DNA from: Paecilomyces variotii | Lineage: Eukaryota | Strand: one strand, 5' to 3' | Length of the DNA: 64,000 bases | Assembly: GCA_004022145.1 (NCBI GenBank) | Contig: RCNU01000002.1 | Shown: positions 11,120-23,173 of the stretch, piece by piece | How positions within the stretch are numbered: position 1 is the stretch's first letter | Layout of the letters: the number at the start of each line of letters is the position of its first letter | Notes under the pieces: model-generated | The model's database searches: none | The model's input: the letters and a program-made list of their open reading frames with translations, nothing else | Told to the model about the DNA's origin: nothing | Program-made: the position numbers and the translations under genes

Positions 11120-14100
11120 ATGCTCCGCGACGAGCTGCTCCGGTCTAAGAACGATGAGATCGCGTAAGTTTTAATTTTGTCCCAGCGATGCGTTCTACTC
11201 TATCGCAGTATGCGATACAGAATTATCGCTTACTTTGATTTTTAGACGTTGTCTGTTGTCGCGAAAGCGCAAACTGAGCGAGCTCTACTTTGCGACCGTG
11301 GGCTTTACGGGCGCGACCGGGGGCGCTCCGGCCGACGCTCTGTATCAGCAAAAAGAACAAACGTTCCTCGACGCCAACGACCTCTCCAAGTATGTCCCTT
11401 TCTTACATAACTCTATAGACCACCAATATAATCCCACCGTATAATTGCCAGGTACTAACTCACGCGTTGTAGAGGACGATATTTCAACGAAGCAACTCTT
11501 CCTCCGTTCCCAGACTATGCGACCGTCGCAACGCCCTCTGAACAACAAGATTCCGAACCAGCCACCACCAACCCCACCGTGCAAGCTGGATTAACCTCAC
11601 AAGATGCTGTCGAACCGGCTGTGTCGCCTGCTGTGAATTCTGTACTGTCGTCCAATGTCGCCGAAACTCGACAACATGCGATCGAGGGCGCGAATCAAGC
11701 AATCGAAGGACAGGACAGGATTGTCGCCATTGGTGCAGGCGATATACAGCCTCCCGGCGCCGTTACTTCAGGAGCGTCTGCGGTTCCCCAGGGTCGCGAA
11801 GAAAAGCCATCTGCTGGCTCGCAACCTATCCCATCTGCAGCTTCGGGGCTATTGAATGTGGCAGTATCTGAGACTCCTTCGAGTACCGACGACCCTGGCG
11901 CGACGGCGACGGTGGCATCTCCAACACGTCCTCAATTGGCACCGGTGCCAGGTGCGGCTGTGTCGAAGGCGCCTGATGTCCCCGTCTTGCACAAGAAGCA
12001 TGATAAACGACCATCACTGGCACTAGGTCCAGGCTCACATTTACCGGAACAACCTCTTTCTCCGGCGTCTTCTGTTGGTCCCTACTCCAATAATACTTCA
12101 CACCAGACGGTGCTTTCTCCAGAGACTAGCCCTGGTGAGGAGGCTGCCGAGACAATCGTCGGTACAGTCAAATCATCTAAAGCTGTAGCGCTTCCTAGCC
12201 CTAAACCAGATACATCTATTCAACCTCCATCGACTTTAGTTCCTTTGACACCTGACGAGCAACTCAAGTTGGAGGAGGCCCAGTCTTTGCTGCACCAGAA
12301 AACCGTGGCTCCAGATAACGTTATAGGAGACCATTCTGGGACCGGCGCCCATCCTTCTTCGAACGAGGTCATCCAAGAGAGTGTGGTATCGCCGTCAACG
12401 GCGGAGTCAGCGCCCCGTAAACCGCAGGAAGGGCCTGAAGAAACCACTATCTCACCCTTGTCACCAAAACACAAAAAAGCGGATGCGGTATCTGCGTCCG
12501 CAATGGAGGCAGCAGCTCGCGGGCAGCAGCCGTCCGAAGGTACACCCACCGTTTCACCAACAGAGAAGCCAACGCAAATTGTTGCGACGCCCTCAGGCAC
12601 TAAGAAGGCTCCTCTCGGGGCATCTGCCACGCCTCAGCTGGAACGGATGACGACCAGAGTGTCGTCGGGCGCTATCCGCCATAAATCGGTATCGGAAATC
12701 TTGGGAGAGACACCGAGAACACAGAGTTCTCAGGCTGATTCGACCAGGGCTACTTCTGCGATTGACTCTCTTTCCCCAGTATCCGATAAAGATACTCCGG
12801 GCTCAGCTGCTCGGTTGCGACTTAAGGATCGGAAGGCAAGGGAGAAGGAGCGCAGTAAGCTGTCAACTGTGGTGTTTCCTAAACAACAAACGGAGAAGAA
12901 TGATACGATGGATCTTGTACGACAAAATGCTGGAGATCTGATAGCAGGTTTAAACGAAGAAAAGGACTATCTGTTCACCCTTTTCCAGAACAAAGCCTAC
13001 TCGCCTCCTCGAAGTATCAACCTCAGTACGCTTCTTGCGTCTGCTCATAAGACGTTATCAACCGGAAATCATGTCCTTGACTATGAAGAACAGATGAACT
13101 GTCGTACGCTACGTCGCATATACTCCCTTCAAAATGCGAACAGATGGCCTCTGCGGCAACTAAAGCGTTCTGTCGAACCTACACGAGCGGCGACCCATTG
13201 GGACGTTCTTCTGGATCACATGAAATGGATGCGAACTGATTTCCGTGAAGAACGGAAGTGGAAAATTGCTGCTGCGAAGAGCTGTGCTGACTGGTGCGCT
13301 GAATACGTTAACAGCGATCTAGCACACAAAGCACTGCTCCGTATTCGAGCAAGGATTCCGTCGCGTACTGTTAAGGAAGCAAGTGCCGAGTCACAGAGCG
13401 TCGACCCGGCTACAAAAGAGGAGCCGATTGATAGTTCGGTGCTCTCGCATCCCACTCCGGAGTTGATTCCCTCCACTGAAGATGACTCTCTCAGCGAGGG
13501 ATTCAACGATGAACCCCGGCATGACCTGCATGATACAGTTGCACCAGCTGCAATCTTTTCTCTAGGTTCAGATGAGTTTACGTTTTCGATAGACATGACC
13601 CCGGCCGCTGAAAAGATCCTTGACGAACTTCCCATATATGCTCCCGTGGCTATTGCTCCAGATACGAAGCTTCCCTTGTTCAAGGCGCCGCCAGATGCTG
13701 CATGGAAGACGGATATCCTCCCCGTGTCCAAATATGCAATGGGCAAGATCGAGTTCCGCGATGACGAGCCTGTCAGGAAACGGAGTAGGTATGATTATTC
13801 TCAGTACTCACGCGAAGCCGACAGTGAAGTTGTGGATATGCCGCCCGAGCAGACAAACGTTGCTCTCTTCCGCCCAGAGAACAAGCATATTCGGGACCGA
13901 ATTCACCCTGGATATTCTTTCCGCCCTCCAACAGAACATCCCATGCCGTCATTAGGATTCTTCGAATCAAGGCAGTCATCTCAGTGGACATATGCGGAGG
14001 ATGACGAGTTGCGCCGTCTGGTAAAAGAATACTCGTACAACTGGTCACTCATATCCAGCTGCCTTACCCCGCCTTCCCTCTATACGTCAGGCGCTGAACG

Positions 14101-15768
14101 ACGCACGCCCTGGGAATGCTTTGAGAGATGGATTGGGTTAGAAGGGCTGCCGGCTGAGATGTCCAAGACTCAATACTTCCGAGCTTACCAGCAGCGGCTG
14201 GAGACGGCTCAGCGCACAGTCCTTGCCCAACAGCAAGCTGCTCAGCAACAACAGCAACAAAGCAATAACTCGCAGCCGCAGGCGCCCGTTCGTAGGAGGA
14301 CTACACAACCTGTCAGAGTCGACCGCCGGCGTGCTTCGAAACACCTTGCTCTTCTTGATGCTATGCGGAAACTGGCAAAGAAACGGGAGACTATGCTGCA
14401 GAAGCAGCAACACGGTAAGTTTCGTTGTGATAAAAGGTTTGCCGTACGATTTCTGACATTGGTGTAGCGACACATCTGGCATCATTGAGGAAGGCCAATG
14501 AAGCGAACCAGCCTAAGCCTCCTATCTCCTCCCCGGCCGATTTCAGCAAACTGAAGTACGAGCGCGAAATGAAGCTTCAGGAGAGACAGGAACAGTACCG
14601 GCAGCAGATGATTGCGCAGCAACGAGTGAGTACCTAGCCACATAATATCACCACGTTCTAAGCTGACACTTTCTCGAAGGCAAACCTTGCTGCGCAGCGT
14701 GCCGGTCAACTGCCCAATCAGCAGCCTATGATGAATGGTGCCCCAGGCCGCGCTCCGAATGCAATTCCTCCTAATGGTGGTAGTCCTAGTTTGCCTGGCG
14801 CTGTTCCTAATGGCATGCCAAATGGACTCCCTCCTGGCATTGGGGTTAACCAAGGCCGACCTCATCCTATCCAGGGAATGCCCAATGGCACGCCTATGAG
14901 CGGCCCTATGCCACCCAATGCTATGGCGATGAAGATGATGCCCCAGGGCGGAATGCAGCAACCGATGGCTGCACGGCCCGGGATACCCATGCAAGCCTCT
15001 CCAGACAATGCTAGAGTTATCCGCGAGGCCAACCGGCTGCAAGAACAGCAACGAATCCTGCAGTCTCGTCAGCAACAACAACAGCAGCTTCACAACCAGC
15101 AACAGTATGGACAGCAGGGAACCCATCCACCCAATGTCAATCTGACAAACCTCAATGGGAGCCCGAATAACCCGGCAATGCTGGCGGCTCTGCAGGCCAC
15201 AGGCGGCATGCAAAGTCCTCCGTTCCACAACGGTACTGGTCAAGGGGTCTCGACAGCTTCTCCTCGCATGGGTCAGCCCAACCCTCTTTCAAGCGGTGTG
15301 GTTCCTACAATTAGCAGCATTCAGAGCCAAATTCAACGAAGCAATCCGAACATGGCTGCTGACCAGGTGAACAAGCTTGCCACGGATCGTCTCCATCAGT
15401 ATCAGCAACAGCGCATGTCGCAGGTAGCTATGAATGCGGCTGCTGGTAACATGGGAGCTGTTCAATCAAACTTCCAGGTCCCTCATGATGGGAATTTCCA
15501 AAGCGCCTCACAGCCCGGTATTCCCAATGGCACACCTGGTATGCAGAACCCCCAGACACAGGGTTATTCACCTATGATGCGCGTTCCTCAGAATGCCCAA
15601 CAAAACCGTGTGGGAGTTGGAAGCTCACCTGCGTTGAATGGTGCAGCACCCCAGCAGAGCAGGAGTGCAACACCGCAGACTCAGCGCAGTGGCAGTGTTC
15701 AGGCTGGCCCCGTACCCGGTTCCAGCAAGAGCCCCAGGCCCCCGCAAGCCCAAATGGCAAACAGCTAG
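11120..15768 (+). CDS. EAF1: NuA4 scaffold Eaf1/Vid21 (HSA + SANT/Myb domains, Q-rich tail), 5 exons
   Basis: Start MLRDELLRSKNDEIA; HSA motif THWDVLLDHMKWMRTDFREERKWK; SANT motif WTYAEDDELRRLVKEYSYNWSLIS...RRTPWECFERW; introns near 11164-11244, 11390-11473, 14414-14467 and 14626-14679. Confidence 0.95.
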
Positions 15769-16539
15769 GGCTTCTTCTTTTAGCCTGAGTAGCTGGACTT
15801 TGTCTTTGCTGCTTGGAATTCTACCTTTTTTAATTGTACTGTACATATCACGGAGGAAAGAACACCCTTACCCCAGTTTCTATTGCCTTTTGACGAACCC
15901 AGTTACGCCTATTCTATCTGCGCCATGTTTCTCGCGTCCCTGCCTGTTCCCCTGCCCGATTACTTTACCCCCTCTTGTTGCCGGTTTACCCTGCTCTCTA
16001 TCCTTGGTGTGGTACGCATGTTGTGTGGTCTGTAAGGCCTGACCTTTTTATATCGGGATGGGCATAGGATTCACGGTTTTTGTACTACTAGTATTCCTCG
16101 GGCAAACATTGACTACCCGCACCTTGGCCGTGCGGTGACATTTAGAGTCGAATGATGATGCAAAATAAATCTACCTCTGATTCTCAAGGATAGTGAAGCC
16201 GGGTTTATAACCGCAGTAGTGACCTCGCATGCATATCGATCTCCGATATACTTGAAAAGTAAAAAGACTGGCGAGCAATGGAAGTTCCTAATCGAGAGCC
16301 GTGCGACTTGACCGCATGCGGATATTTTAAGCGCGCGCTTAAAGATCACCATTGCCACTCAAGGTGTCGCCGCAAAGGCTCGATGTAGAACACTCAAGTC
16401 ATCAAGCTTCCACCTTCTCTTTTCACTTCTCGCCTCTGATAACATATATATCACATGCGTCACATGCATCATATGGATCTTTGATCTCAGTTATCTCTAA
16501 TCCTATCCGGACTTGACACTCCGGAAGAGGGTATCTACC

Positions 16540-18144
16540 ATGTCTTCCGGCGAGGAAACTCAAGGTGATAAATCCGCTGTTGGAGAGGGAGCAGCAAAGC
16601 CATTTTCGCTGGCTTTTGGTGGTGGCCCAAATAAGTCGGGAGCAGCGTCGAAAAAGACATCATTCAATTTCCAAAGCTCTCGAGCCACCGGCCCCAAGAC
16701 GAAAGCTATCCCCCACCGCCCTCAGCGACTCCACGAAGATGACTCCGACGAGGACGAACACGCCCCCGTACACGAGGAAGTGACTGGCTTTGATACGACC
16801 GCGGGAGGCGCGATTACTGCAGATGATTCCCGTAACAAGAAACAAGAGTTGGTGATCAAAGTTGAAAGCAAAAACAATTGGCGGGATCGACCTGGAGTTA
16901 ACGTTCGGCGACCGAAGGGTAAAAACCTACTGCCAAAAGAGGTGCAAGCACAGAGACAGGCAGAGAAGGATGGGGTTGTGGCTGGAAATGTGGAAACCGA
17001 AGGTCCTAATATGTCATACGGCCTGACGTATGCGAAACCAGCAACAATTACAACGGAGGATGTGAAGAATGGCGACGTATCCATGGTGGATGCGGATGCG
17101 CTTGCTCCAGGCGAAGAGAAGAAGCCTCTCACCCAGGATGAGATCGCTCTTCAGGCGCTTATTCGCGAGAGTCAGGGCGACTCGGAACGGACGAGATCGA
17201 ATCTGGTTATTGAATCTGGAAAGCGTCCTTCTAAGGAGGAGGAGGAAGAATATGAAACGCGCTATGATGAGACGAGTTCTTTCCGTGCAGATGTGGCTTC
17301 TCGTCCAGATCCTGCTAGCCTGGACGCCTACAATGCTATTCCAGTTGAAGAGTTTGGCGCCGCTCTATTGCGAGGTATGGGTTGGAAGGAAGGTCAGCCA
17401 ATCGGTAGAGGCAATTATGGGACAGCTGTGTCTGCTACTGCAAAGGCGCCACGGGTACCGGAGCGTAGACCTGGCTTTCTTGGAATTGGAGCAAAGGATA
17501 TATCTGGAGGAAAGGGCGCAGAAGCTGAAATAGGAGCGTGGGGGAAAGCGGCTATGCGCAAAGGATCTAGAAAGAAGGAGGGTCAAGATGGCGCGGAAAA
17601 TACAGACGGTATCTATATGCCTGTTCTTATGCGGAACCCGAAGACGGGAGAGTCTATCACTGAGGAGGAATTCAAAGCTCGACAAAAGGCGGCGAAAAAT
17701 GTGGAGGAGGATTGGAGAGATAGACGGGATCGCAATCTCGAGAAAAGTGGACGAGATCGGGAACGTTCAAGGCGCGATTATGATGACGACAGCGACCCTT
17801 ATGAGAGACGAAGAAATGGCTCTGGGAGGGACAGGAGCCGTTCATCTGACGACCGTGATCGAAGGCGCAAACGCGGCACTGATGAAGACAGGGAGAGAGA
17901 TGATCGCCGCTATTATCGCGATCGCGATCGCGACCGCGACCGTGAACGGGATAGAGACCGAGACCGAGACAGACATAGGGATAAGGATCAGGATAGAAGT
18001 CACAGAGATGGTGAATACCGCAGTTCTCGACACTCATCGTCCACTTCCTCCCGACATGACCGCGATCGCAGGGATAGAGATCGGGACCGTGATAGCGATC
18101 GCGACAGAGACTCGCATCGCAGAAGAAGGGATGACTACCGATAG
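16540..18144 (+). CDS. SPP2: Pre-mRNA splicing factor Spp2 (G-patch)
   Basis: YNAIPVEEFGAALLRGMGWKEG...RRPGFLGIGA is the Spp2/MOS2 G-patch; RD-dipeptide-rich C-terminus; intronless. Confidence 0.92.
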   Translation: MSSGEETQGDKSAVGEGAAKPFSLAFGGGPNKSGAASKKTSFNFQSSRATGPKTKAIPHRPQRLHEDDSDEDEHAPVHEEVTGFDTTAGGAITADDSRNKKQELVIKVESKNNWRDRPGVNVRRPKGKNLLPKEVQAQRQAEKDGVVAGNVETEGPNMSYGLTYAKPATITTEDVKNGDVSMVDADALAPGEEKKPLTQDEIALQALIRESQGDSERTRSNLVIESGKRPSKEEEEEYETRYDETSSFRADVASRPDPASLDAYNAIPVEEFGAALLRGMGWKEGQPIGRGNYGTAVSATAKAPRVPERRPGFLGIGAKDISGGKGAEAEIGAWGKAAMRKGSRKKEGQDGAENTDGIYMPVLMRNPKTGESITEEEFKARQKAAKNVEEDWRDRRDRNLEKSGRDRERSRRDYDDDSDPYERRRNGSGRDRSRSSDDRDRRRKRGTDEDRERDDRRYYRDRDRDRDRERDRDRDRDRHRDKDQDRSHRDGEYRSSRHSSSTSSRHDRDRRDRDRDRDSDRDRDSHRRRRDDYR

Positions 18145-18866
18145 AAGCAGCCTTGATGTACAGCACATTTTTATGAAGAGGGACATAGCATATTATAGAG
18201 CACGTTGGATAGGGAGGAACTGGAAGTCCGCCATTCTAAGAGCAGTACACTTCAGCAGGGAAGGATACTAAGAAATGATACCCAGAGCGTGTTCCTGTTC
18301 CTTGTGCCACCATACGTGTCAGCATATGCTGCAAAGATGCATGAATCAAACCACTTGTATACAGATAACGGATATGTTATGGTCGTATCTGCGTAAACGA
18401 TGACGATCTGAATGATATAGAGTAATGTTGATGGGTTAGAAATATGACACTATCCCCCAGCAGGCAGCATCATTGAAGAAAAGAAAATAAAGTGTTTAGG
18501 TTCAGATCACAGATCTATTTAGGGAGAAGATGACCAGTTCTATTTATTACCTCCCATGTGGCATTGTTGCCCACTTCGAGCGCCGACGTCGACTGACGCA
18601 AGGGAAGTTTATAGAAGAAAAGTTATCTCTAGATGAGACACATACCATGGATTCTTGAATAATTAGCTCTAATTTTATGTCGGAGACCCGTCTGCGCAGA
18701 TCATTTACGATCGTGTCAATATATCCGTAAACGGCAATCTTCTCGTATTCTTATAGATCCGTCCCAGGGACAACAAGTATTAAATATTGAAAAGCCCCGA
18801 CTTTGCGCTCAATACAACTCTTCAATTCTCTATACTTCCAAGAAGCGAATATATTAACACTCCAAT

Positions 18867-19850
18867 ATGGATTTCACCTTCCATCCCGGCGTCAACGGCT
18901 CCAAGCCTTGGGTGGAATTCTACCCTTACAATCCCTCCCTCACAGCAGGATACGCCTTCATGGCAATTTTCGGCATTACGACTATCGCTCACATAATACT
19001 CATGTTCCCTTACCGTGCTGCATACTTTATACCTCTTGTTATAGGTGGAATATGTGTGTTTACTACCTCCCATCCCCCCAATCTTGACTATCCATAAAAT
19101 GAACCTGCAGTGTTCTAATTGAACCATATTTCCGTAGGCGAGACATTCGGATACTATGGCCGTGCCTTGTCCCATAATGACCGAACTGGTATCGGTTCAT
19201 GGGCGCAACAACAAATCCTGATTCTCTGCGCACCCCCGTTCGTCGCAGCGACAATCTACATGGTCCTAGGGCGAATCATTCGCGTTCTCAATGCCGAGCA
19301 TCACTCTTCAATTCGGACCAAATGGCTGACTACCATTTTTGTCCTGAATGATATCATCTGTTTCCTCACACAAATCATCGGTGCTGGAGTCCAGGTCACT
19401 GGAGACGCAAACCTCATGGATATCGGGAAGAAAGCGGTCCTGGCAGGCCTGGTCTTCTCGCTTATCATATTTCTTCTATTCGTCTGGGTGGCGATCCTCT
19501 TTCATATGCGGCTGGCGAAGAATCCGACATTAGTAGTGATCCAGAGCCCGCGACTGAACTGGAAGAGGTATATGTGGGCTTTGTACGCCTCGTGTGCGGC
19601 GTTGGCGATAAGGAATCTCGTCCGTACGATTCAGTTCGGGGCGAATAAAACATCTGCCATCAATACAAAGGAGGCGTATATCTATGTCTTTGATGCGGCG
19701 CTCATGCTGGTTTCTATGGCAGTTCTTGCCGTGTGGCATCCAGGCATGTTGATTAAAAAGGCCAGGAAGGCGAATGAGATGGAGAAAAGGTATGGAGCTA
19801 TGAACCAGGAAGGTTCCAACATGCAAGATGTGCCCCTAGTGTCCTGTTGA
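18867..19850 (+). CDS. RTA1-like 7-TM protein (lipid-translocating exporter family), 2 exons
   Basis: FYPYNPS start, GGIC|ETFGYYGR, ILCAPPFVAATIYMVLGR, IFVLNDIICFLTQ and EAYIYVFDAALM are RTA1 motifs; intron ~19035-19137. Confidence 0.9.
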
Positions 19851-20089
19851 TATATGGCTGGTTTCGATGTCTTCAAACGCTGTCAGTTTGCTATGCAAAG
19901 TTGTCCCTTGATTCGTCGATTTAACACTCGGTTAGATAGCTTACCATCTTAGTTATTCTCCGGGTCCCAAGCAACTGGAGATTGAACGTATGGCAGATTC
20001 AGATTCCGAGGAAGAAATTTATTAAATCTATCCACAACGCCATGTGACTCGTAGTCCATGAACTATACCTAAAAATATGCAAGCAGCTA

Positions 20090-21516
20090 TTATGTATGAA
20101 CGAAATTGACAGGCCACTCAATCCAACTATGGAAATCAGGATCCAAGGATGACACAACTCCTGATACGACGTGGCTGTGCCACCCAGTCATCAGCCACGA
20201 AGCCTCCATATATTTGAGCAGGACGCTCCAGTGAGCAAGAATGATGAGTGCATAAGTGTCCTTAGCTTCGAGTAGCTGGATGAATTGCTCCGGTAACCGA
20301 TATATCCATCCGAAAGTTGCAGCCATTAGACAGAGTCCGTCTCTGCCAGCGCTGCGCATTCTGAACACTTCTTCTAGGGAATTTAATAAATCGTCGACTG
20401 CAGCCATATACGCTGACAGTACATTTCGATCGATAATGCTCTCATTTAGTAATCGTCTGATCATGTCGATCTGTTTCTGGTGCTGAGTTAACTCTGGTAG
20501 TAGAGTAGATATCACTTCGTCTGGGGTTCCCTCATCCTCAGGTTCTAGAACTCCAGTAAATATCCTATCATGCTCAGAGACGAGTATCGCGCGCACGCCG
20601 CGCATAAGAACAAGCCATTCAGATGATCCCCGCTCACTGAAGACTAGATATTCACCTCGTCGTGGGCCACGGCCGAAGTAAACTAGGCATATCAGCATTG
20701 CCGCGACGTAGATCTTTTGGCAATTCCCAGAATCCAATTGGGACAGGACGGCCGTAACGGAGCGCACGCCGAAGGTGAAATGGTCGTCAGCTTGCGCTTG
20801 ATACTCAAACAGCAGATGGGGATTTTTGTGGCCGAGATGCAACGCTGAAAGAGCTAGTATGAGATGTAAGATCGAGGGGAATGCCAGGCCCCATCGTGGA
20901 ACATGAATCAGGTACAGCGCGTGTTTGTCTGTCGGTTCATAGCGAATAGTCCGACAGGTCGATGTGATAAAATGGTGATAAAGACCAAGGTCTGCTAGTG
21001 AGATATTTCCAGTTCTGCTGTCACTCGTCCATAGGTCGCATTGCACCGAGGCACATTTCGAGCTGGCTTCCTTCCGTTCCATAGAGCCAGATGATGAGCA
21101 AACCAGAGACTGGAATCTAGATTGTTTGAAACGGATTGGATGAGTAGATGAGCTCGAGTCGGTGCCCGGCGACGGGAGAGAGAAGTCACAGTCGATGGCA
21201 TGTGCTATGCAATTGGAGCATGCAGGTTTATTTTCATCGCACTAGAGGATGTTAGCATAAACCATATCATGTGTGAACGCGATAGTGGACAAGAGAGACA
21301 CGAGACATAATTGAGGCCTATCATAGTCTTCTATATACATCTCGAAAGGAAAGAAGAACATATGGAGAAGAGAATATCATAGTCAGGGAACATTCATGGA
21401 GAAGCGGGTTCATAGCGTACCTTTAGTCGTCGTCTCTTACAATTCTTACATCCCAAGCGAGATTTACGGTGGGATTTTCGAGAACGGAGCTTCTTTTTCG
21501 ATTCCGCGTCTGCCAT
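20090..21516 (-). CDS. Zn(II)2Cys6 transcription factor (Upc2/DUF3468-type C-terminal domain)
   Basis: Exon 1 MADAESKKKLRSRKSHRKSRLGCKNCKRRRLK, intron ~21244-21420, then CDENKPACSNCIAHAIDCDF; DLGLYHHFITST, LHLILALSALHL and terminal WIEWP typical of this family. Confidence 0.88.
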
Positions 21517-21599
21517 GCGGGCAACAGGGGGTGGTATTCGGTTGGACTGCTGAAAGTCTTACCCCCCAATAACTACCTCGTAAGGGGGATCGTATTCGT

Positions 21600-22450
21600 T
21601 GCTATTCTTCCGTAAGCTGGCGGGCGAGACTGGAGGTAATAATAACTGCAATCTCAGTATAGCCAAGATTAATTTAGGCAGCAAGAAAAATAATTCGAGG
21701 GCACTCGATTCGGTAGAACTATCTGATTCAATAATATCGCCAACCTTTTTTTTAAGTGGCGGATCTGGATTATTACCCTAGTGATAGGAAACGTTCCTGA
21801 ACGAGTCTTAACTCCCGCCCAAAGTATGAGTTGGTTATAAATAGTAGTTAGTAGTTCCTTGTTGGCTTTTTTAACTTGATAAAACGGCTTTGCATTTTCA
21901 CAGATCCACATTCCGTTTTAGGTAAAAACCAATACGAATACGCAAACCAAGCCAGAAACAGAGATTATTCGTTTCTGAATCAAAAAGCTAAATCGCTGTA
22001 CCAGCTATCAACGGGCTGTATATAATATCTGGCGACAAGCGGAGAAGCGGCCCTCTGGCGTATAATTAAAAACATACTAAAAGCCCTACGCCACAAAGTC
22101 CTTGTAATAGGCTTCTCTAATTCCATTTTTCTAAGGATAGGTAGTATGCAAGATAATATGCAGTTTCTAAATCTTCAGGCTCATAATCACTTTGAGACAG
22201 ACGATTTATAAGGCCATCCGATCATGCAACTAGAGTATTAAGCACTGACCAATTGGTAGTAATTATGCTAATACGTAGACAGAAACAGTCCATATAGTCG
22301 GAAATTTCCTTTTCGATATGATCTATTATACGTAATATGCTATAAAGGGGAGGAAAGAAAGGCAAATAAGGTAGGGAGAACAGATGCTTGTAACTTTTCC
22401 TGACTGGAAGGGAGAGGAAAGAGATAGCTAGGAGTGAAAAACAGCACACA
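21600..22450 (-). pseudogene. AT-rich degenerate coding relic, possibly RIP-mutated
   Basis: One minus-strand frame reads protein-like (DHIEKEISDYMDCFCL...SDYEPEDLETAYYLAYYLSLEKWN*...GPLLRLSPDIIYSPLIAGTAI*) through about nine in-frame stops; visibly TpA-rich compared with flanking genes. Confidence 0.4.
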
Positions 22451-23173
22451 GGTCAAATGCAATTGCACCATTTGGCAGTTGAGCTGACTTGCTTGGGGAG
22501 CTCCTATCTAGTCAGTCCTTCCATGAAGGTCTGGCCAGGTCCAGGTCATAGGTTCCTCTGTGCTGGGACTGTCCTTATTGGCCGTGGAATTGTGAATCTG
22601 GCCTTCTTCTTATTGGCACAAATTTGTTAGTTACAAAACAGATTTAAGGGCCGTAAGTTTTATTTGAATGAGGTTTTCTAAGTGCCTTGGGTGCTTTTTG
22701 ACTGAACAAGTTCAGGTTGTTTTCTTAGAGCAAGCACTACCGTTTGAGCTATTTGCTCGGAACTACTGTCTTGGGATGCTGCTGTTCGGTTTGCGACTGA
22801 TTGCGCTACTAGGATTATCACGAGCTCGATGGTTTCTGATATTCGAATATGGCGGTGCAACGGGGGAGAACGCATACCTGGCTGTACTTAGATGGCGAGA
22901 CTGTTTTGCCCATAGAGTACTCAGGTATCTTGTGAATTTATGGCACATAAGAGAGACTACACGAAAATAATCCAAATTGTGTCGCAGCTGCTCGACACCA
23001 TTCTAGAACACCACATACAGGTCAATATCGTAATACAAGGCAATAATGATAGCTTTTAGTCTTTTCCCTTGGTTTCCAGACCCTTCAGTTTTTGAACTCC
23101 ATTACAAATGCACAGATACAGGCCCCCTCTAACTTTGTACCAGGTATCAACGAGTATAACATTTCTTTCTTGA

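Noticed and set aside
17880-18140. Repetitive GATCGC/GACCGA sequence
   Set aside because: Encodes the Arg-Asp tail of Spp2; not a separate repeat element or array.
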